Of a stretch of DNA of 64,000 bases, positions 55,675 to 64,000 are shown one piece after another. The stretch comes from Mycoplasmatales bacterium. GTDB lineage: Bacteria; Bacillota_I; Bacilli_A; CBDATW01. The DNA is taken from positions 266,239 to 330,238 of the forward strand of contig OZ244030.1 of the NCBI GenBank assembly GCA_965214965.1, read 5' to 3'. The notes under the pieces are model-generated. The model ran no database searches, was not told where the DNA came from, and was given only the letters and a program-made list of their open reading frames with translations. Within the stretch, counting starts at the first letter, position 1, and each line of letters opens with the position of its first letter. The position numbers and the translations under genes are program-made.

Positions 55675-56283
55675 TATTTTTATGCTATCTTTCTTTGTAA
55701 TTTTAGAATTGCTAGATAAATAATTAACAATTTTTTGATGAATATATGTAGTTGTTATTGCTCCAAAAAAGAAAACTCAAAGAAACATTACAAAAACAAT
55801 CCCCAAGTATTCAACTTTTTGAAACTCTTTCAAACCAATATATCAAAATAACATAACATAAACCATTGCAAACGCCATGGAGTTTGATATAAATCTTAAG
55901 CCTAAAACGAAATTAGGTATAACTCATTTCTTATCTTTTTTTCAAAGTGTATATTCTGCTCATCAAAATGCTTCCAAAATAGAATACATATTATATCTAT
56001 CTAGTAAATAATACGGAATAATTTGTTTGTGCTTTTTTGTAATTGGAATATAAGGAGTTATAACAAAAAATGCAGGTTTAATTTTTTTTGTAATAATTTT
56101 ATTAGATTTGTTAATGTCTACAACAAGTTCTTGGGAACTAATAGACTTTATTCTAGTTATCAACATAATTAAAAATGAAAAAATAGTAAAAGTAATGCAG
56201 AAAATAATACCTATTTGGTATTCTTTGGGTAATTCAATAAAATTAATTTTTAAAATATTATTTATCATTTTCATAGTTTTCAT
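55675..56283 (-). CDS. 202-aa multi-pass membrane protein, unknown function
   Basis: Track ORF 55963-56283 continues through six TGA codons to TAA 55675-55677 (hand translation). It has 3-4 hydrophobic segments and a Trp-rich region (WWAEYTLWKKDKKW). Confidence 0.6.
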
Positions 56284-56289
56284 ATTATA

Positions 56290-56937
56290 TTAGAGTTTTG
56301 ATAGCTTTTCAACAATTATTGAACATAAATGTTGAGAGGCTTCCTTTTTGTTTTGCTGATACTGCTCAATATTAACATGATTCTTTACGTTGTCTGAAAT
56401 TACTCTTAAAACATCTCATTTAATATTTAGTTTTGAAGCTACTTGACCAAAAGAAGCAGATTCCATATCTACGGCAACAGCCATAGGGAAATCTTTTTTA
56501 ATTTTTTCTATATCACATGATGTTACAAATTTATCTCCAGAGACAATTTGCCCATGTATTATGTCATTAAATATATTTAAATTTGGAATAAAAGATAAAT
56601 CACAACCTGGTACTTGCCCAATGTTATAACCAAATTCTTTTAGGTTAAAATCATGGTGTATTACTTCGCTTGCTAATAAAATATCTAAGGGTTTTATTTT
56701 TTCTGACAATGATCCTGCCACGCCGATATTGATTGCATTATTTATATTAAATTTTAAATGTAAATAAGTAATAGCATAAGCAATATTTGTTTTACCAATA
56801 CCTGAAACCATAATAAAAATTTCTATATCGTTAATTTTAGAAAATCAAATTTTTTCTACTAACAACTCAGCACTAAGTATGTTGATTAGTGGTTTTATTT
56901 CTAATTCCATAGCTGATATTATAGCGATTTTTTTCAT
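56290..56937 (-). CDS. mtnN: 5'-methylthioadenosine/S-adenosylhomocysteine nucleosidase
   Basis: MKKIAIISAMELE..., SGIGKTNIA and AVDMESASF motifs. Confidence 0.88.
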
Positions 56938-57001
56938 TACAACTCTCTTTCTGAAATATACTTTAGCAAATAAAAAGTGGGTATACCACTTTTAAAAATT
57001 G

Positions 57002-58135
57002 TTAGGCATTAAATGTGTCTGTAGCTTTTTCGGCTGCTGCTGAAATCTTAGAATCTTCTTTAGCAAACTCATATTCACTATTTGCCATTTTGTTATCACC
57101 TGAGTTTGCAAGACCTAGTAGTTCATTAGCCATTGTGCCCTCTGTTACTTTTCCAAGTCCGTAATCTTTGTCTTCTTTATCTCCAAGAATAACTTGGATA
57201 GCATTGTAAGATGCTATATCCATTTTTTTAAGAATTGATGTAAAGAATCTATCTTCATGACCTTTGTATTGTGTAACTTGGTCAGTGTCAACACCAATAA
57301 CAAGAGTTATTGCACCTTTTTCTTCAACAACCTTTAGAGTATCTAGCGTTTGAGGACCAGCAACCGGAAGGATCATATCTGCACCTTTGTTAACTAATTT
57401 TTCTGAGATAGCTTTACCTCCACCAGCTCTGAAGTTTCCTGAGAAATATGATTCTGCCGAACTTCCTAATTTAATAAACTCAACTTTTGATTGGTCATCT
57501 TTAATATTGGCATTTCAGAATTCTACACCTTGTTGGAATCCCCCCATAAATGCTGTAACAGGCTGAATATCCATCCCCCCATATGTACCTACCTTAAGTC
57601 CTTCTGAGCCTTTAACATCAAAATCTGTTTTGTTATCTGATAGGTATTTTGCTGACAGATATCCTGCATAGAATGCAGCTTCTTGAGTTTTGAATGTAAT
57701 TGAGTTTATATTTCCTGACTCAACAATACCGTCAATATAAACAATACCTCTATTTGCTTCAATAGATCCACAGAATGCTTCTAGAGCATCCTTGTGTTGG
57801 TAACCCCCAAGAACTAGAAGTTGAGTATCGCTAAGAGCTTTTTTATAAACTGTTTGACGATCTTTAGCGTTTGAAGCTGTCGGTATTATGTAGTTATTTG
57901 ATCCAGTTCCAACATATTTTTTAACACCATCTCAAATTGAGTTGTTGAATGATTTATCATCTATTGATCCACCATCAGTAATCATTTTAGCTGATTTTAG
58001 GTTCGTATCTCTTTTGATTATGACAGTTGATGTTGGGCAAATTGCTGTTGTTTTTTGTGTTGGAGTTTCTTTTTTAGTTCCACCACATGCTGCTATAAGT
58101 CCTGAAGCAGCAAATACTGTAAGTAATTTTTTCAT
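57002..58135 (-). CDS. BMP-family (PnrA/Med-like) nucleoside-binding lipoprotein of an ABC transporter
   Basis: Lipobox LIAAC at Cys17. DGGSIDDKSFN and YGGMD motifs. The 57377-57931 gap, translated by hand, contains only TGA. Confidence 0.85.
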
Positions 58136-58198
58136 TATATCTCCTAATTAATTTGTTACTCTTTAATTATAGTTATATATAACTATAAAAGCAAATGT

Positions 58199-59194
58199 TT
58201 ACATTTTTTCTATCTTTAATAAAACCTTTTCTTCTTCAGTAGCAAAAGATTTTTCTACAGAGTCGTTATATATTTTTAGGTACTCATCTTTTGTAAGTCC
58301 AAACACTTCAAAGGCATGCTGCACTTCTGAGTTCATGTTTGTGTTTGATAATGTTCTATTATCTGTGTTTAAGGATAATTTTATTCCTAAATCAAAAAAT
58401 TTTTTAAAAGGATGTCTGGAATAATCATACTCTAAACGCTTAACATTAGATGTAAGGCAAATTTCGATAGAAATATCATGCTTGATAATTAGGTCAATCT
58501 GCTCTTTATCACCGTCTATCATGAATCCATGGCCTATTCTTTCAGTTTTTAGTAGTTCTATGGCTTTTTTTACATTTTTAGAAATCAACATTTCACCAGA
58601 GTGTATAGTAGTTTTAAATCCGAGTTTTTGAGCATATGCAATTTGCTTGATTCACTTATTAGCAAACCCATCTTCTTCAATACCAACTAGATCAACAGCT
58701 ACTATTCTTTTATCTAAAAACTCAGATGCAATGTCCAAAACCTCTTTTACATCACTATTATCATATGAAGCCCTAAAGCAAATTATCCCATTTGCAACTA
58801 TATCTAATTTTTTATTCGCATCTATTAAAGCGCTAGAAAATGCATCTAGTACATCTTTTAACACAAATGATTCTGTCACATGCAATCTAGGAGCAAATCT
58901 AATTTCCATATATTTAACATTTTCTAAAACTGCATCTTCAAGAAGTTCATGTACTGCTCTTTTTAGGTTTTCAGGGTACTTCATTATATCAATAGCCATT
59001 TGAAATTTTTGTTTATGTCATTTTTCAGTATTTTTAACAATGCTAATTTCTTTATAAAAATCACCCAATTTTTTAGGGTTATAAGTAGGCATATCGACAT
59101 TATATTTCTTACCTAACTCACACATAGTTTCAAGCCTCATTGAACCATCTAAATGACAATGCAATTCCACTTTTGGTAATTTTGCATAGTTCAT
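58199..59194 (-). CDS. add: adenosine deaminase
   Basis: LPKVELHCHLDGS N-terminus and C-terminal SLNTDN motif. Merged through TGA. Confidence 0.88.
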
Positions 59195-59195
59195 A

Positions 59196-60083
59196 TTATT
59201 CTATTTTCTTCCCTACAGCTTTTGGTACTTGGGTGTTTTTTGAGAATAAAATAAGTGCTATTAATGAAATAACATACGGCATTGCCACTTGGATTGATCT
59301 TGGGATGAATTGCAGAGCTTCCAAATCATAATAAGCTACAGCGTTAAATCCTGAGAAAATAAATGAAGCAAAAATTATTGATTTAATTCTTCACTTACCA
59401 AATATCAGAACAGCCAAAGCCACAAACCCAGTACCATAAACAGAACCTCTGTAAATATGCGAAATGTTTGCTGTAAAGAATGCTCCGGCTAAGGCAGCGA
59501 ATATACCAGAAAGAATTAATCCAATTCACCTCTGTTTATTAGCAGAAATACCAGCAGCTTGTAATGCTGAAGGATTTTCACCAGTAGTTACAAATCGCAA
59601 ACCAATTGTTGTTTTATTAATTATGAAGTGCGCAATATAAAGTATAATTATTGCAACAACAAAATATCAGTTTATAGCTGAAAGAATTCCACTTTTTGCA
59701 AATTTAAGTGTTGAATAACCTGTAGATATGTACCCAAAACCTTTTGAGGCCACTTTAACTACAAAAGGAGCTGCTCCTCCCACCAACAAGTTCAATGCAA
59801 CACCAGAAACAATATGGCTCGATTTCATTTTGATAGTTGTAAAAGCATGAACCAAAGAAAGCAAAATTCCAGCAATCATAGCTGCTACAAAAGAAAGATA
59901 CATAGGCAGTTTTATCATTCCTGCTAAAGCAAACACAAGAGCACCTATAGACATTTGTGATTCAATTGCAATGTTTACAATACCTACACGTTCAGATACT
60001 AAGCCCGCAAGTGCTCCAAGAGATAAAATAGAAAATAATAACAACATCTGGCTAATTAAATCAAAATATGTTTGTGAGTTCAT
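59196..60083 (-). CDS. nucleoside/sugar ABC transporter permease
   Basis: Polytopic membrane protein of the RnsD/NupQ type, adjacent to the BMP lipoprotein and a duplicated-NBD ATPase. Confidence 0.8.
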
Positions 60084-61111
60084 TATTTCTTACCTCCCTT
60101 ACCCTTTTCTTTGTAATTTCAGTTGTCTGTTATGGCTATCATATACATCATAAGACCGAATGCTAAGGAAATTAATTCTGTAGATGATTGCATACCTACA
60201 GCTGCAATATAACCTCCAAAATGAATAGCTGCAAATATTGTGGCAATTGGTGCAATTAGTAATGGGTTTTTAAATGATACCAATGATACAACGATGGCGT
60301 TAAACCCAATAGCATCAAGCTTATCAAATATAGGCACAAGATATTGCCCTGTATATGATCCATAATACATTACACCTGCTAATCCTGCAAGACCACCAGA
60401 AATTGCCATTGTAAGAGTTTGAATTTTTTGTGTTGAGTATCCAGCATAATCTGACACACTCGGCTGATTGCCCACCAGCGATATTTTGTATCCTAACTTT
60501 GTTTTTTTAAATAAGTACCAAATTACATAAATTAAAATAAATGAAATAAATATTGAAATTATAGTATTAATTTGATGGTAATTTTGCCAAACTTTCGATC
60601 CAAGCCCGGCAGTAGTTTTGTAGGTTTCTTTTGAAAATATTGCTTTACCGATATAAAATATAATTCAGTTCATCATAATAGTACCAATAACTTCATGAAC
60701 ATTAAATTTAGCTTTCAAAAAACCAGCCAAACCTCCTACAAATGCCCCTGCAAAAAAACCAATCACCAAAAATATGAAAGGCAGACCAGGTATGTTATTG
60801 CTAAATCTTAAAGTATGTGCTGCAAGCATTGAAGGGATTATTGCTCCTGCAAGCATTTGCCCTGGCACTCCAATGTTAAATAATTGAGCTTTAAAAGATG
60901 TAGATACAGCCAATGCTACAATTATATATATAGAAATTAATTTCCCTAACTCAAATACGTGTTGTGAACCAAATGGTTCTATAAATATAGCTTTTGATAA
61001 TAAAGTTAAAGCGGAAGGTTGGACTAATGTTGCAACCAGAAAAGCGGTTGCAAAACCAAATGCTACAGCAATTGTAGATTTTCTTAAATTAAATAAATCT
61101 CTTTTGTGCAT
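60083..61111 (-). CDS. nucleoside/sugar ABC transporter permease
   Basis: Polytopic membrane protein of the RnsC/NupP type. Its stop overlaps the next start (TAATG). Confidence 0.8.
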
Positions 61112-62661
61112 TATTTTTTACCTCCTTTTTTCGCAGTTAATAATTTCCCTATTTTATTTTTAGTAATTTGATTTTTGGTTAATTCACCAATAATTTCACC
61201 AGAGTTCATAACTAAAACTCTATCTGCAAGAGTGATAACTTCTGGCAATTCATATGACACCATAAGAATACCTTGCTTACTTGCTTTTGCTTTGAGAATT
61301 TGTTCATGAATATATCTTATAGATCCAATATCCAAACCTCTAGTAGGTTGGGTAATCATAAGCATTTTTGTTTCTTTTCTTGTAATTTCCCTACCCACCA
61401 CAAATTTTTGTTGATTACCACCAGAAAGGCTTGAACAAAATATTTCTGGATTTTTAGCCCCGCGAACATCATATTTTTTGATTATTTCTTTTGCCCTAGT
61501 TATAAAAGCGCTTCTATTTATATTTACTCCTTTTGAATAAGGGGGGATATCAATGTCTTGAATAACGGCATTATCTACAAGTGGCATTTGCATTAGAATG
61601 CCGTGCTTTTGTCTATCTTCTGGTATATGAGACATACCCATTCTATATCGAGATTGGGCTCCCATTTTTGTAACATTTTCACCTTGGAATCAAATTTCTC
61701 CAGAGTTAATAGGCGTCATTCCTGAAACAGCTAAAGCAAGTTCTTTTTGACCATTTCCTTCAACTCCAGCGACAGCTACAATCTCACCTTCTTTAATTTT
61801 TAATGAAACATTTTTAAGAGCTGGTATTTTTTTAAATCCAATTTTATCAACATTAATCTTTTTCATTTCAAAAATAATTTTACCTGTTTTTGTCGTTTTC
61901 TTTTTAATTTTAGAAATTGTTTTCCCGACAATTGCCTTGGTTAATCTTGTTTCTGTTAACTGTTTCTTAGTAAAATTATCTACAACCTTACCATGTCTAA
62001 GAACAGTAATTTCGTCAGCAAGTTTTTTAATTTCATCAAGTTTATGCGTAATAACAATAATAGTTTTACCTTTTTTCTTAAATTCTTTTACAGTTTTGAT
62101 CAAACTTTCTATTTCACTAGGCGTTAAAACAGCTGATGGTTCGTCTAAAATAAGAATCTCAGATTCTCTATAAAGTAATTTAATGATTTCTAATTTTTGT
62201 TGTTGCCCTACAGTTAGTTTTTCTACTGGTAAATCAATTGGAATATGAAGATTAAATTCTTTCATATTTTTATTAATTATTTCTTCAGCAGCTTCTCTAT
62301 CTATTACATATTTGCCTTTAGTAGGTTCGCTTCCTAATATAATATTTTCTAATCCAGTAAATATATCAACAAGTTTAAAATGCTGATGAACCATTCCTAT
62401 TTTTAAATCATTTGCATGTTTTGAATTTTTAATTTTAATTTCTTTACCGTTCAAAATTATTTTTCCAGAATTAGGTTGATAAAGACCAAAAATCATATTC
62501 ATAAGAGTTGATTTACCAGCTCCGTTTTCTCCAGCAATAGCATGAATAGTGCCCTTTTTAACTTTTATTGAAACATTGTCATTGGCTGTAATGTCACCAA
62601 ATGTTTTAGTAATATTTTTTACTTCTAAAATAATGTTATTTTTTGTCATTCTCTCTCTCAT
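61111..62661 (-). CDS. ABC transporter ATP-binding protein with two NBDs (nucleoside/sugar import type)
   Basis: Walker A GENGAGKST. Signature and Walker B LSVGQQQKLEI...ILILDEP. Second NBD with LSGGNQQK. An alternative start lies at ATG 62649. Confidence 0.88.
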
Positions 62662-63385
62662 ATCTTATTGCTGCTTCTAATCCCAGTTTAATCATTGTCT
62701 CTAATTGCGTTTGTCTTTCGATCGGAGACATGTTTTCTCCGGTAATTATATTGTCTGAAATAGTCATAATAGCTAGCGCTCTTTTACCAAGTTTTTTAGC
62801 GTTAGTATAAATTGCAAATGCTTCCATTTCAACTACATCAATACCCATAGCTTTATATTCATTTTGATCGCTATCTCCATAAAATGCATCAGATGTGTGA
62901 ATCAATCCTTTTTTATAGTCTATTCCTAGGTCTTTTGCTGTTTCTACAACTAGTTTTAATAATTTGGGACATGCATTCATGATTTTTGGTTTATCTGTTT
63001 CAACCTTCATCATCATTGCATATGTAGATTCAGAATATGCAGAAGAACCAATTATTAACCCCCCAACTGACAGTTCTGATTTATAGCCACCACAAGTACC
63101 AATTCTTATAATGTTATCTACATCATAAAAATCAAAAAGTTCATAAGAATAAATTCCAGCAGATGGTATACCCATTCCAGAAGCCATAACTCCAATTTCA
63201 ACTCCTTTATAAACACCAATATAACCTAACATCCCTCTAATCTCTGTAATTTTTTTTGTGTTTTCAAGAAATGTTTCAGCGATTCATTTTGCTCTTAGAG
63301 GATCCCCAGGAAAAAGAATAGTTTTAGGAAATTCCCCCTTTTTTGCGCCTATGTGCGGCGTGCCGATATAATTATTTTTAGCCAT
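62636..63385 (-). CDS. deoD: purine nucleoside phosphorylase DeoD type
   Basis: MAKNNYIGTPHIGAKKGEF..., GMGIPSAGIY and VEMEAFA motifs. Confidence 0.9.
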
Positions 63386-63487
63386 TTTAAACTCCTTTGT
63401 AAATAGTTAACAATATGATAACATAATTAGAAATTAAATATTATTCATTTATACTATTTGTTATAATTAGCATAGTGGGAGAAAATT

Positions 63488-64000
63488 ATGGATTACAAAA
63501 ATAATTTAGACTTATGATTAAATTCATCAATTGATGAAAAATATAAAAAACAAATACGAAATATGAGTGATTCTGAAAAAGAAGATTCATTTTATAAATT
63601 TTTGGAATTTGGTACGGCAGGCATTAGAGGGCCTAGAGGTTTAGGAACAAATCGTCTTAATATTTTTAATATAAGAATGTATTCTTTGGCATATGCAAGA
63701 TATATGATTGAAAATACAAATGTTTTAGAAAATGGTGTTGCAATTGCATATGATAACAGACATATGTCAAAAGAGTTTTCTATAGAATCAGCTAAAGTCT
63801 TTGGCAAGTTAGGTATTAAAACATATCTTTTTACAGAACCAAGACCTACCCCGCAACTATCTTGAATAATCAGAGAGATGAACTTATCAGGAGGGTTAGT
63901 TTTAACAGCGTCGCATAATCCGCCACAAGATAATGGTTATAAAATTTATGATGATGAAGGTTGTCAAATTGCTCAAGAAAAATTTGAAATCTTTGAAAAA
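63488..64000 (+). CDS. phosphohexomutase-family enzyme (phosphopentomutase/phosphoglucomutase-like), N-terminal part
   Basis: FGTAGIRG and the active-site loop [13 protein letters not shown]. Continues past the window end. Extended -10 TGTTATAAT at 63459-63467. Confidence 0.85.

Noticed and set aside
58647-59003. 118-aa + strand ORF
   Set aside because: It is the mirror image of the adenosine deaminase ORF 58652-58999 on the minus strand. The minus-strand product has the deaminase motifs.
1-64000. CRISPR arrays, rRNA/tRNA genes, IS elements/transposases, integrases, restriction-modification genes
   Set aside because: I scanned for spaced direct repeats, GGTTCGAATCC-type T-loops with full cloverleafs, and DDE or recombinase motifs. 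Nothing could be supported.

Overview
AT-rich Mollicute (Mycoplasma-like) chromosome segment that is read with translation table 4. Every conserved gene in the supplied standard-code ORF track is broken only at TGA. Reading TGA as Trp fuses the fragments into full-length proteins. I hand-checked many junctions for TAA/TAG and found none.

After merging there are about 72 protein genes, tightly packed in long co-directional blocks: + strand from 1 to 26.4 kb, mostly - strand from 26.4 to 63.4 kb. Most are housekeeping genes:
- Translation: alaS, hisS, aspS, glyQS, rplU-prp-rpmA, rpmE, rpsU, rpmG, efp, obg, era, ybeY.
- DNA metabolism: ruvAB, parEC, dnaG, nfo.
- Transcription: greA, nusB, sigA.
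- Secretion: secDF.
- Stringent response: relA/spoT.
- Central metabolism: fba, two tkt paralogues, ald, metK.
- A purine-nucleoside uptake and salvage cluster.

I could not support any rRNA, tRNA, CRISPR array, transposase or prophage gene.

The most interesting signal is a dispersed set of parts that normally make up a double-glycine peptide secretion (bacteriocin or quorum-peptide type) system:
- a stand-alone peptide gene with a textbook GG leader (2534-2845);
- an ABC exporter with an N-terminal C39 peptidase domain that retains its Cys/His/Asp triad (53702-55489), with an adjacent multi-pass membrane protein (55675-56283);
- two intact CPBP/Abi immunity-type membrane proteases flanking rpmG (33624-35198).

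Other items worth follow-up:
- two orphan promoter-to-terminator units (5241-5408 and 38125-38385);
- a shared TGTAAAT-N-TTTACATT palindrome;
- a lipoprotein made only of a trigger-factor PPIase domain;
- a short, divergent MetK;
- an AbiEi-like wHTH gene behind a 58-bp inverted repeat, next to a 500-aa doubly anchored surface protein;
- a duplicated ~65-nt intergenic element;
- a long structured leader upstream of glyQS.

All coordinates were derived by hand from the sequence. Start codons are less certain than stop codons.
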